Positions 43,517 to 55,772 are shown, counted from the first letter of the stretch. The stretch is 64,000 nucleotides of DNA from Octopus vulgaris (GCA_951406725.2 OX597814.1:212102001-212166000); one strand, 5' to 3'. The notes: generated from the letters alone by a model not told the origin. A program made the numbers and translations.

Positions 43517-44329
43517 TGTGTGTGTATGTAATGCATGAGATTGTTTGTGTACGTGTGTATGTGCTTGTGTTTGTACGTCGGTTTGTTCATGTGTCCCTGT
43601 GCGATTTTCTTTATATTAAATTTAATATATTTTATGAATATTATATCGAAATAATGCACACATACTCATTCTCCTCCTACGTTTTCTAGCTCCTGTTATA
43701 AGTGTATTTACGCAGGGTTTCGTTTGAAAATATCTCTCAATACAAATTAGTGTCAATTAAGTATACGATTAGTAATAAAATTTAAGTAGCGATTGACCAA
43801 GTAATTTCTATTTTCACTTAAGTGGGAAGTTTGGCATGATGGAAATTATGTAAGTTTTATAACATTTAAACTTCTTACTAGAATCCATCAGAGATTGTAA
43901 CACATTTACAAGCAATTATAAGTTAATTTTCCAATTAATTTTAAAGATTTAATCGCAGCAGGACTTACACATATTTCGCTATAACTCTATTAATTAAATA
44001 TAAACCTTACCCATGTTGTAAAATTACAAACAATAAAAATAGCACTAATTTACTGATATAATTAAATATAAAAAACTACAAGCCGTTGCTTTGAAATAGT
44101 AAACAATTTAACTTAAATGTATTTAAAAGCGCTCGATTAGTTTGATTATTGATTGCATAAATGGTAAAATCGATCATTAGTTTTAAAGAGATTATTATGT
44201 TCTTGTATAAAATGATAATTAAAACCACACATGAATAGGTGAATTAAAACAGTTTCGTGAGTGTAGGTGTTTTCAAACGGAGAATATATCTTAAACACAC
44301 ATGCGCGTACAGACGCAGACACACACATA

Positions 44330-44381
<52 letters not shown>

Positions 44382-44522
44382 TATATATATAGACATATAT
44401 ATTATATACATACATACGTACATAAGAATATTTGTGTGTGTGTGTAAAGAGAGAGAGAGAGAGTGAGATAGATATATATATAGATAGATAGATTGATAGA
44501 TAGATAGACGTATACAGTGCGT

Positions 44523-44603
<81 letters not shown>

Positions 44604-44654
44604 TGGTAGACCTACACGTAATATCTGAGTATGTATAATCATACTAAGTATTGA

Positions 44655-45560
44655 AGACGTTAGCATTCGCAGTAAGACTAATACCAGGTTGTCTTACTCT
44701 GTAATGCCAAATTTGACCTCCATTATTGCATCTATAAATAGAAGCAAGTCAAATGAGCAAGGCCGCTGGAGATCTTCTGATGGAAACCCCGGTTCTGGGC
44801 AGATAAGATCTGATACGAATAAGGTTAGTGATGCCAATGTTTTGCTCCCACTGAGTGTATCGATCCCCAGTATTGAGAGATATGAAAGAGTGACTGTGGG
44901 AAACCTGACAACTATTGTTGGTAGTAGAAATAATGTTAGGGATGGCCCTGGGAAATCGTGTAATTGTAGAAACCCTGAATTATGTCCCCTTGATGGGTTC
45001 TGTCTAATTACTAATGCAATATATAACTGCGTTGTTCACGATGAGGATCAAAAAGATAAGTTTTATATAGGTAATAAAATAGATTTTAAGATTAGGTATA
45101 GGGCCCACATGAAGTGGTTGTCAAATGAAAAATACTGTAGCTCTACCACACTTGCGTCTTATATACACGACCTATAGAGGAATAGTAAGAGTTATTCTCT
45201 GGAATGGTCCGTTATTTCGAGAGCCCCTTAATTCAGAGTAAATATAAATAAGTGTAAGTTGTGTGTAAAGTCCTTTGGCCCAAAATAAGTGTAAAGTTGT
45301 GTGTAAAGTACTTTGGGCCAAAAACTTTGAATAGATTTACTGAGCTCATCCCTTTTTGAAAGTATATAGAAATAAAAGTAGATATAATTAAATTGTTTAG
45401 CCTTACGGGGATTCGAAACCAGCTAGGTTATATTTCTGTTAATTTCAGCCACTTGAGTGTTTAGCAATAGATTTTTTTAAAGAAAATTCGAACGTGTCCG
45501 CTGAAGGGTTTTTGTTTTAAATTATATAACATTTTCATGAAACGTAAAAGCTTTTCATAA
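44655..45560 (+). mobile_element. Penelope-like element 3' remnant with GIY-YIG endonuclease (Naiad-type)
   Basis: ORF 44689-45177: SYSVMPNLTSII, CNCRNPELCPLDGFC (CxCx5C), AIY..FYIG..FKIRY.AH..STTLASYIHDL, then past stops W.VISRA and KCKLC. Confidence 0.85.
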
Positions 45561-45715
45561 TTTTTATTTTTGATCTGTGCGTGTTTCCTGTTTGCGCTTG
45601 AGTTAAAGTATTATCGTGTTTTTGTGCTGCTTTGCAGCGGTTGACCGGCTGTGGGTTGCAGTTTCGAGGACGTTTCAACTGTGTGATTTGTTGCCGAAGT
45701 ACTTAGCCAGAAGAA

Positions 45716-46590
45716 ATGGCGAGGAAGGACGTTTACTCGGACCTCAGTGAGTCGGATTTGTCAACCTCTGAGGAGGATTTGGCAAGGGTGGTCAGTAAGT
45801 TGGAGAAGGTGTTGCAAGGAAGAGCAACTTACGCAGGAGCGATGAAACCAACCAGAAAAGAGGTAGACCTGTCTAAGTTACCGGATTGCCAAAAAATGGT
45901 AAAGAAAGTAGGCGGAGACGCCGAGTTGTCACCGCCAAGGAAAATGATAAAAAGATTTCGAGAGGAAAACAATAACTTACAGAGTGTTCACCACAGAAAA
46001 ATGAAGAGTAGATTTGGTTGGTATTGAAACAGTGGAGGAGGCATTAAGAACTACAGCAGGAGAGATAATATTTGTCGAAAGAGGGAATAAGTAAGGCAAT
46101 ATGGTGCCGTACTTATTCCCCGCTGTAGCAGAAAAGATTGCTAGAAGGATAACTGCAACGACTATTAAAACGGATAAAGTATTCCTTCTACCCTCATATC
46201 TGGGAAGGAAAACAACCAGGGTGGAAGAAATACCGCCAGATGTAGAGGCGGAGTGGATAGTGGCAGCCATCCTCATTGATAATGAGGACAAATTGGACAT
46301 CCTTCAAGCCACGATAGCGTACGAAGGGAGATGGAGAGGAGCAACACTAGAAAATAGTAGACCAGGTAGAAGCCGAAGCAATTGAGAAGGCGTTGTGCAC
46401 GGTATCTAAAGATATAGCGTGTTTGGCAGAAGAAGCAAATATGGGACGGTGGTGGCCCAGTCCAAGTCGGAAGAAGTAGGAAGGAGGCTGGCTGTAAACA
46501 CGATGAATTCGAATAAAGTGGTCCTTCTACCCATGTATCTTCGAAGTATGTTATCGAAGATCAGAGTAGAGGGAATCTCGCCAGACATAC
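45716..46590 (+). mobile_element. Degenerate ORF1-like region, probably from a Tx1/L1-type LINE
   Basis: Purine-rich broken frames with a duplicated module (RGNK*GN..KVFLLPSYLGRKTTRV.EIPPDV and RRSKYGT..KVVLLPMYLRSMLSKIRVEGISPDI). No ORF2 follows. Confidence 0.5.
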
Positions 46591-46861
46591 ATCACACATA
46601 CACCAACCCACCCATTCCTTTCCTTCACAATGTATAAAACAAAGAGAAAAAGACACCACAAGATACACAAAATCCCATCCCCCGTGCAAATAGCTATATG
46701 TATGTGTGTCTGTCCGTTTGTGTGTGTGTGTGTGTGTATAAACATACATACATATACATACAAACCCACATCACATATATGTATAGATATTTCGTAGCTC
46801 GTATGAGTAAGTGTTTGTATTTTCCGAACTAATAAACACCCCCTCGCGCGCGCTGCCGGCT

Positions 46862-46952
<91 letters not shown>

Positions 46953-47900
46953 ATCTCTCGATCTCCCACGCACTCGCTCAAATATACATGCATTTCTGTT
47001 TCACGAACAAACCTCACACTTTAGGGAGTACTGATGTGGAAAATTATAACAACCACCCGACTGTTATTTTGTGTGTTGTCTAGAATGTAAGTAACATCTA
47101 TAGCGGAAAAGACCTTCAAATTACCGCAAAAGCGTATTATTGTTGTATATCTTAATATAATATGCTTATAATATGTTGATACATTGTATTTTTCCAGCAG
47201 TTTTCAAAGGTTTTTTTTTTTCCCTCTGCAAATACATATTAGATTATCTTACATTTTTTAAAGTGAATAGTTTGTCATAGAAACAGCAGTAAAATATCGC
47301 CTTATCACTTTTATACATTCAGTTACTTGTTTAAAAGTTTATTAATCAAATCTAATGTTTCAAAAGTTTTTACAGCTGTAATATTTTATATCGTCATAAG
47401 GTTCAAAGTATCAATATATTTTAATACGTACGTTAGATGTTTCCGTTTATTTATTTTCCATATATGAGAAGATATTTTAAAAGCGTAAGAAAACGAGAAA
47501 GTTATCTTCTAATAAATGTACATGTGTGTGCTTTTAAGTCCATATACGTGTTTAATTTTTATGTCGTATCGACGATTTGTCAATGATAATTTACAACAAT
47601 ATTATTGATTTTGATTCAAAGTATTCTATTTCGTGTAAGGGAAAGCTGTTTCAAATCAGACTTATATTACAGAAAATAAATCATTGAAGTATGTTCATTT
47701 AACCTAGTGTTTCAACCAATACTGACAGTGTCGCCAATAGTCTACATCGCATTTGAGTCGGATCAAGACTAATTGCTTGACTCCTGCAACTGGTAGTCAT
47801 CCCAGGTGTCAGAATGTGGGCACGACTACACATAAATATAAATTATTCATATGTAAATACTTACTGATACTTATATATAGTTATCATCTGATTCAATTCA

Positions 47901-47986
<86 letters not shown>

Positions 47987-48374
47987 GAATATATGCAAAA
48001 CACAATATCTATTAAACTATCAATGTGTGTCTGTGTTTATACGAATGGAGTGAAGACGTATAGTTTATTGGCTAGGGCATCCGGATAGCAATCGTAAGGT
48101 TGTGTCTCCTAATCTCGGCAGCATGTTTGTGTGAAAATAACATTTTTACGTTGCTGCAGTCCACTTAGCTTACAAAAATGAGTACTGCCTGCATTTCAAA
48201 AGGCAATTCACGTTACATTCCCTGTCCCGATAAATCTCCGAAGAATTACTTTAATATTACGCGTTCCTTTGTTTCCTCGTGGTAATTTCAAGAGCAGGCT
48301 CTTCCGTTGCTCGGATCAAACTGAGTACTAGTCGTCCTTACGACAGAATGCTAGTTATATATATATATATATAT

Positions 48375-49098
48375 ATTTATATATAGAGGGCATTATTATA
48401 CATAGATGCCACACGCTAAGAGGGACAAAAAGTCATTTCTACCAAAAATTGTACTTATCCCACCGAATGCAATCTTTCAAAGCAAGACGTTAAAAAAAAT
48501 ATAGACTTGTATCACCTGTGATTTCGTACTTCTGTACTCTTCAGCAAGCCTGGACGTATCATAAATAAACGGCCCCGTCTCGTCGAAGCCAAGCAGCTAA
48601 CTGCTCAACGTCAACGAAGCACATGGGGGAGTTTACATATATTACATCCGGTAAATGGCAGGCTTCTTCGAATTGCATTTCGGATAGGAAAAGTTTTTTC
48701 GGAATAAAAATTATTTAGCAATTAAGGACAACCTCTTAATAAGGAATCTTAATAAGAAATTATCGGGTAGATAGCGTGAAAAACCTCATAAGAGAAAAAT
48801 TTCGAAAATAATTTTTCCTTATTGAACATATTAATTTATATATAGAGGGCATTATTATACATAGATGCCACACGTTAAGAGGGACACAAAGTCATTTCTA
48901 CCAAAAATTTTACTTATCCCACCGAATGCAATCTTTCAGCGTGTGGCATCTATGTATAATAATGCCCTATATATATAAATTAATATGTTCAATAAGGAAA
49001 AATTATTTTCGAAATTTTTCTCTTATGAGGTTTTTCACGCTATCTACCCGATAATTTCTTATTAAGATTCCTTATTAAGAGGTTGTCCTTAATTGCTA
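48375..49098 (-). mobile_element. Non-coding hammerhead-bearing retroelement (retrozyme-like / non-autonomous Penelope-like), ~459-bp unit
   Basis: Direct repeat 48375-48479 / 48834-48938. 48939-49098 is an inverted copy of 48716-48875. (TA)n on both flanks, internal hammerhead, no ORF. Confidence 0.75.
48504..48550 (-). ncRNA. Type I hammerhead ribozyme
   Basis: Minus strand reads GGCUUG-CUGAAGA-GUAC-AGAA-GUAC-GAAA-UCAC-AG-GUGA-UA-CAAGUC: complete core, three stems, AUA cleavage triplet. Confidence 0.85.
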
Positions 49099-49280
49099 TA
49101 TATATATATATATATATATATTTGCCACTTAAATGTGGCTAACCGTTAAGGGTTGATGCTACTGTAGCTTGTAGACCTAGGTAGACATCTCCTCCAGCAT
49201 GCTATTGACAAACATTATGTGCCCTATCATAATTTGCAAAGGGAATTCATCATTTCCTTTTCCAGCCTAACCTAAAACCA

Positions 49281-49319
49281 ACGGACCCGGGTTTCTGCGT
49301 ATCGACTCGTCATCAGCGT
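49281..49319 (-). ncRNA. Degenerate minimal type I hammerhead motif
   Basis: ACG-CUGAUGA-CGAGUCGAUACGCA-GAAAC-CCGG-GUC-CGU: intact core and palindromic stem III, but two mismatches in stem II. Confidence 0.6.
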
Positions 49320-49759
49320 GTCACACCCACCGGTTGGCGATATGAAGTGGTTCCCAATGCATATATAGACATTTTCCAGTAATGAAAAGTCACTTTTTCG
49401 AGATCAGGGATATTTCGTCACTGGAAAAAGCATATATATATATATATATATATATATTTAGAAAATAGTAAAAAGTGAAAAACCTACAGAAGGCTTGTTT
49501 TAAAAAGTTAAAAAATATATATTTGAGTCAATATGTCTGAAGAATGTTATAAATTTTTTTCATACAATGACATAATTTAGAAGAAATAACCGGTTTCGCG
49601 TATATATATTCGCATTAGGAACCACTTCGCAACGCCGCCCGGCTTTTTTGTTGTTTTTTGGAGAAGATCTAGCTGAATTGTTTCAGGGAGGCCGCCATTG
49701 CTGGGTGGTGGTGGGTAACTGAGACGAAGTTGTGCAAGACCTACTGGAGAGTGAGTTCC

Positions 49760-52409
49760 CCTAGAAACACGTGTGCTGAAACAGATGTTGCAGTGAAATG
49801 GAGAGCTGATACAGAAATAGTGTGGTCACATTCAGTCCATCGTCACATTCAGCCCCTACTAACAATTTATCGAAGAATGCTGTAGAACCTCCACCACTCG
49901 ATCTACAAAGCAGCAATCTTCCGTCGGAAAAAAAAAAACTAGCGAAATCGGGAAACATTTGTCCTGCTAGCGGAGACCACACACGTTCACCTTCCAGGAG
50001 ACTCCAGAGATGCCTCAGCCTCCACGCATGCCTGCGTATCATCGTCGTAGGCATCTCTAATCTGCCCATTAATGGTCTTTGACAACAGATAGAGCGTCTC
50101 ACAAGTAGCGACGTATTCTTACACTAAAAGAACAGCTGTCTCTCCAAGTTGATTAACCACGAATTCGGGCAAGGTACGACGGCCAGGCGGTAGATAACGA
50201 CCGATGCCATAAACACATTGGCCACATCCGCCCTCCCGTTCAGGGATAGCCAGCGCCAAGAGCAGGTCTTTACTACAGATGCCACCCTGCTCGAAACTTC
50301 AGCGCAATTCTTCACTACTTGGAGACCTGGTCCAATCCAGAACCCTAGCAACTTTACCGGTCCCTTCGCCCAGCGTCCAATGACACTATCTGAAGGAATC
50401 AACGTTCCCCTCCACGTGCCGAGTTGCAAGCCGACTAATTTTTCCCATTTAATCTTTGCTCGTGCCACCATCTTGTAAACATCTATAGCCTCGCCTACGT
50501 CATGTAGGCGTGCCATTGTGGTCACGCTGATGATAATGTCATAACCTCTCGGGATGCTACTCAACCTTCGCAGTAGCGGCTCGGGAACCACCACATACAA
50601 TATTGGTATGAGCGGACATCATTGGCGAACCGAGCGTATCATATAGAACGGTTGTGACAGAAACCCCATCAGACGAACTACCGTGTTAATGTTGTGATAC
50701 AATTGAATGATCGACCTAATGAAGTCCAGACTCAGGCCAAACTGCGCAGGAACAGTCACCAGTAACCGATGGTAAACCCTATCGAAAGCTTTAGATTGGT
50801 CTACACGTACCAATGCCCCTCCTCTTCCAGATTTGTCCCACAAACTCTCTAGGGTATAGCGAATAAGGTGGAGATTATCCTGAATGGTTCTGCCGGCAAT
50901 GGTACATGTCTGTGCTCCCTCCACGACCAGTCTATCCGCGCCAAGCACCGAAATTATGTTAATGCCTTGGACAAAATCTTCACTTCTGCATTTAACAGAA
51001 TACTGAGCCTGAAATTATCTAAACAGTCCCCCTTTTTCAGAGCCTTTCTGACCAGTATCACCACTCCCCAGTGTACAGATCCTGGGATAAACCCATTCTG
51101 ATGCCAGTTCGCGTACACATTAGCCAGCAGGTGCCCAAACTAGTCTGGCATACATTTATACAGCTCGTAGGGAAGACCATCCAATCTCGGCGACCTACCC
51201 ACGCCACATACGCCATAGCCACAATCACCTCCCCAAGAATGATCGGGCCTTCGCAAGACTTCGTTTCCGGCCCTGAGAGGCGCGGCAGACCAGGAAGGAA
51301 GCCCTCAAGTTCTCCCCTAACATCCGGCCCGCCTCCACCCCCGAACAACCGGGCGAAGTACTCATGAAAGGCCTCACAAATTTCCTCGGGTTCGTTTACC
51401 AATGCACCTTGAAGATTCACCATAGACCGAATAGTGGAGTCATTTCCACGTTGGGCTTCCACCAATAGGGCCCATCAAGCGGCCTTGATTCCTTCACAGC
51501 CCATTGCACGCATTTTCGCTCTCAAAATACACCCCGTGTGTTGGGCTTCGAGGTGCTGGTTCAATTTCAGTCTCTTCAAATTCACATTGCTAGTCCTCAT
51601 GACTTCCTCTAAATTCTTAACTAGACCATTTCCTTTCTTACGTTTCCTTTTAACTAGGCCCATGCTATATCTAATAGACTCATATTTTATGGCTCGTTTT
51701 AGGGCGTTCCCCCCATTTGTTATTAATCACGGTACCTATTACCGCCCTCTGAATTAACTGCTTTATCCGCTTTCTGTACTCCTCAATCGACAAAAGGGAC
51801 GTGTTGAATTTCCAATAGCCAGATCCCTGTCTATGCATCTTATCTAGGTTCAGCTTACATGTAACCATCTTGTGGTCACTGTAGCTGACGGGAGAAAACT
51901 GTGGACACTTAACTATACTCTTATACAGCTTTCTAATCAAAATCCTATCTAAATGTGATCTGGGAAACCCGTTGTTGTTTGATCATATCCGCAATGCAGC
52001 GTCCGGGTTTTCCAGCCTATATGGGTCTGCCAGCTGGAACTAGCTTAGCAGATCCCGAAAGCCAAGTTATATGTGTCGTATCCGGTCTGGAGCCAACAGA
52101 ATCTACACGCGCATCGTAGATTGTGTTAAAGTCTCCTAACAGAACGGAAGAATGCGACGTGGCTAGAAATTTCCCTAGGTCACGAAAATATTCACTTTGT
52201 GGACCAATAATAATGGGTGTATAAACTGCATCCAGCCTGACGCGTTTCTCGTAGCCGTTCAGGAGGGGTAGCAGATCTCTTGGCCCATCAATCAGGTTGT
52301 CGAAGCAACAAACATCTAAATCCCACGACCTGATGTCATGTAGGAAGTGTCCTCGCTTCCAGCTCGACATCAGACAACGTACACTCAAGCAACCAATGTG
52401 AATAGCCAT
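49760..52409 (-). pseudogene. Tx1/L1-clade LINE ORF2 (APE endonuclease + reverse transcriptase), frameshifted
   Basis: MAIHIGCLSVR, LLGDFN, SDHKMV, YWKFNTSLL, QTCTIAGRTIQDNLHLIR, DQSKAFDRV, SVRQ, LYVVVPEPLLRRL, VKLLGFWIG, WRWLSLNGRA. Confidence 0.92.
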
Positions 52410-52440
52410 AAAGTTCTCTTACCTTTTTATTTGAATTATT

Positions 52441-53309
52441 GGATTTTTTCCTTTTGAACGGCAGTTTTCAACACAATTTCTAGTTAACTAAACACTTTTA
52501 AACTTCGTATACTGGTAGAATGTGTTTATAAAACATCATTTTTTCTTGGCTTTATTGAGAAAATTCTATAGTTTGTAAGATATGTCTACTTTAATTTCGA
52601 GCATTTCGGCAATTTTAACCAATCGCTGGAGATCATTTTGGGTGAAAATATTCCGTGTGTATGAATATGTCCCTCGTTTAAGAAAGAGATTGGGTTTATT
52701 TACATTTGCGAAGAAAAAAGAGATACCCTTCCCCACCCCTATCCCTATCCCTAACCCTACCCCTAACCCTAACCCCACCCCTAACCCTAACTAACCCTAA
52801 CCCTAAAACAGATTGAAATGCAATAGATCGATACTAGGGTTATAATTATGGGTGATATTTTCATTTGACACAGCTAGAAAAAAATTCCATTTTCCGTAGC
52901 AGTGTCGTATGAAATTGTCACCCATAATTATAACACTAGTATCGATCTATTGCATTTCAATCTGTTTTAGGGTTATGGTTAGGGTTAGAGGTGGGGTTAG
53001 GGTTAGGGTTAGGGGTGGGGAAGGGTATCTCTTTTTCTTCGCAAATGAAATAAACCCAATCTGTTTCTTAAACGAGGGACATATTCATACAGCACGGAAT
53101 GTTTTCACCCCAAATGGACTCCAGCGATTGGTTAAAATTGCCGAAATGCTCGAAATTAAACTGGAAATATCTTACAAACTATAGAATTTTCTCAATAAAG
53201 CCAAGAAAAAATGATGTTTTATAAACATATTCTACCAGTATACGAAGTTTAAAAGTGTTTAGTTAACTAGAAATTGTGTTGACATATGCCGTTCAAAAGG
53301 AAAAGATCC
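52441..53309. mobile_element. Foldback/MITE-like DNA element with ~420-bp TIR arms, telomeric repeats and 8-bp TSD
   Basis: Ends ggattttttccttttgaacggca / tgccgttcaaaaggaaaagatcc. TSD gaattatt at 52433-40 and 53310-17. (CCCTAA)n at ~52737-52806 and (TTAGGG)n at ~52967-53020. Central spacer about 20 bp. Confidence 0.92.
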
Positions 53310-53317
53310 GAATTATT

Positions 53318-54400
53318 AAGCGGAGGGGGAATCTCCACCTTTTCCTTTTCTTCCTCTCGTGGGATCGAGACCGGTAACCCATTAAATATAGAATTATTAA
53401 AGACCATTCTCATCGTATATACTGTCTTACGGTATTTGTTCTGTAACATTCTATTGGGGACTTCATACACATCATAGTTGGTAAATTTCTCCGAAATGTT
53501 ATCAATTTTTTTTACACTCTTTTACAGTTGAATGTCTCTCATTAGCTCGGTGTCTTTAGTATATATTGCTATTATGCCATTTTTTCGCTTTTTTCTTTTC
53601 TTGCGGTCTTTTTTGCTCGTTGGTCTGAAGTAGTCGCCACTCTCGATTGAGTTGCTCTTTGTATTTTTCTTTTGTTTCTTGTTCTCTTCTCTTCTTTTAC
53701 TTTCTTCTTCTTCCTCTTGTCTTCGTTCTCCTCGTCCTCTCTTTCGTTGCAATTCTTTGGTATGTGGCCTAATTGGCCACACAAAATACATCGGGGTTTT
53801 CGTCCCTCAACAAACAATTTGAGGGCACCCTCCCCTATCTTAATTATCTCTAGGATCGCTTCAGTTGTTTTAGGTTCCGCCTGAATGAGGAGATTCAATT
53901 TGACCCGTGCAGTTAGCTTTTTCAGTGACAGCAGCTTTTTCAGTGCAGTTATCTTTTTCAGATACAGTTTCTCCCTGGTTGATTAGGACTGCCACAGAAA
54001 GCTTTGACGAGCTTTCTGACACGTCTCCAAATAATTCCGACATTTTATAATTCTTTGCAACGGGGGAATCAAAACTTTCATGTTCACTGGTCGACGACCT
54101 GTAATTCTTCCTCCCAACGGGTGAATCAAAAATTTATTTATCAGTATTTGTCTCCTCTCCAGACGACATGTAATTCTTCCTTTCAACGGAGGAAACAAAT
54201 ATTCCGGTTCCAATGGCAGGCTCCTCGCCAGACGACATTCTTCCCTCCAACGTAGGAATGCGTGCCTTCTACAAGCACTTAGTTTTCCCATGAAAGCTTC
54301 AGCAGTTATTAACAAATTCAACCGTTTAACAAGAAACATCAGTTATTGACAGTATTAACAATAAGCAATAGCAATTTTCACAACGAACGACGAACTCACT
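53318..54400 (-). pseudogene. Tx1/L1-clade ORF1 (gag-like CCHC zinc knuckle) and 5' region, degenerate
   Basis: LKLFVEGRKPRCILCGQLGHIPKNC (CX2CX4HX4C) followed by a charged tail. Lies upstream of and collinear with ORF2. Degenerate tandem repeats at ~54030-54255. 5' boundary approximate. Confidence 0.8.
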
Positions 54401-55059
54401 ACACGTGGTTATTCTTTTAATGTCTATGAAAGATTGAGAAAAAACATTTGGTTAAGCTTTTTGTTTAAAGAAAAGGAAAAATAAAATAAGCAAAACCTGT
54501 ATCGATATGAATGAACATTTGTTTAAAACGTTTTAAAGTTGTAAGGTGAATGCGAAAAGGGTGGTCGCAGTTTCGTTTCGGAGCGTGGCTGGATATTGTT
54601 ATTTAAAATGTAAAGTTTTAAAGGAAAAGAGAATTCACGGGTTCATCTCCGAGCGGGAGCGATATATGCGTTTCGTTTTCATTGTAAATTAATTCATTTT
54701 ACATTCATCATTTCATGTGTTTTTTTGTTCCCGCATGTCTGTGAATGGCCCCTATGTATTAGGCCTTGTGTCTGTAATAAAGAATAACATCGCCGCCCGA
54801 TTTTTTTTGCGTCATTTTTGGGAATTTCTGCTACCCTGTTATATGAGTTCGCCTTTGGCTTGTTACCTGTTTCATTTTTAAATTTTATTTGTGTATTACT
54901 TTGAATCGAACTGTTGTACGTTGTAGGACATTAATTTTCGCCCTACAAACAGAAAATTTTATTGTGGAACTTTTTAAAAAATATATTATGAAATAATATT
55001 TACTATTTTTACCCGTTAACGGGCGCTGAATTATCTGAAAAATTGTCATTTAATCTAAC

Positions 55060-55459
55060 AACAGAATTCTGCAACATGCCACACAAACACGAAAACCCAG
55101 TCATGGCTGTCACACTTTTCCAACTACATCATCTCCTAACATCTGACCACATAACTCCCCAGACAGAACCACTCTTGATTATTGTGTGGGACGCAGCTGA
55201 GCGAGAGACTAAAAAAAATTCGTGTAACACCAAAGCTGAGCTGAAGGCATTGATTATGGCAGCATTCACCAACATAAATGAGACCGCTCAGAAGAGTTGC
55301 AGGAGTTTCCAAAGACGTCTGGAGACCGTGGGTTAAGCCAATGACGATTTTATTGCGTAAATTTACTCTTCAATATTTCAAGATATTCTTATGTAATTGT
55401 GGTAAATATATCTGTTAAATATATCTGTTATTTTCACTTTTTGCGTAACCTAGTCAATT

Positions 55460-55461
<2 letters not shown>
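55060..55461 (+). mobile_element. 3' fragment of the DD37D-like Tc1/mariner family
   Basis: VWDAAERETKKNSCNTKAELKALIMAAF..CRSFQRRLETV, homologous to 31560-31850. Confidence 0.8.
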
Positions 55462-55511
<50 letters not shown>

Positions 55512-55709
55512 GAGGAGAGAGAGAGAAACATATATCATTGACTAGAGAAAATATGTATATAAATCATGGATTAGAGAACGAACGTTAGAACATCAGACAC
55601 GGGCCAACGACTCTATATACCCCGTGCTTCTATACATTTTATCATAAACAAATAATACCATGCCTTTCACATATGAAAGAAATGCATATATAAACACCAA
55701 AGATAAATG

Positions 55710-55772
<63 letters not shown>

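Noticed and set aside
44940-45300. Selenocysteine-encoding PLE
   Set aside because: The motif cysteines are TGT and the interrupting stops are TAG/TAA, consistent with ordinary decay.
52737-53020. Telomere fusion site or true chromosome end
   Set aside because: The repeats are short, lie inside TSD-bounded inverted arms, and are in CCCTAA-then-TTAGGG order, opposite to an end-to-end fusion.
54030-54255. CRISPR-like or satellite array
   Set aside because: Only about three degenerate units with related spacers, inside the LINE 5'/ORF1 region, in a eukaryotic context with no cas genes.
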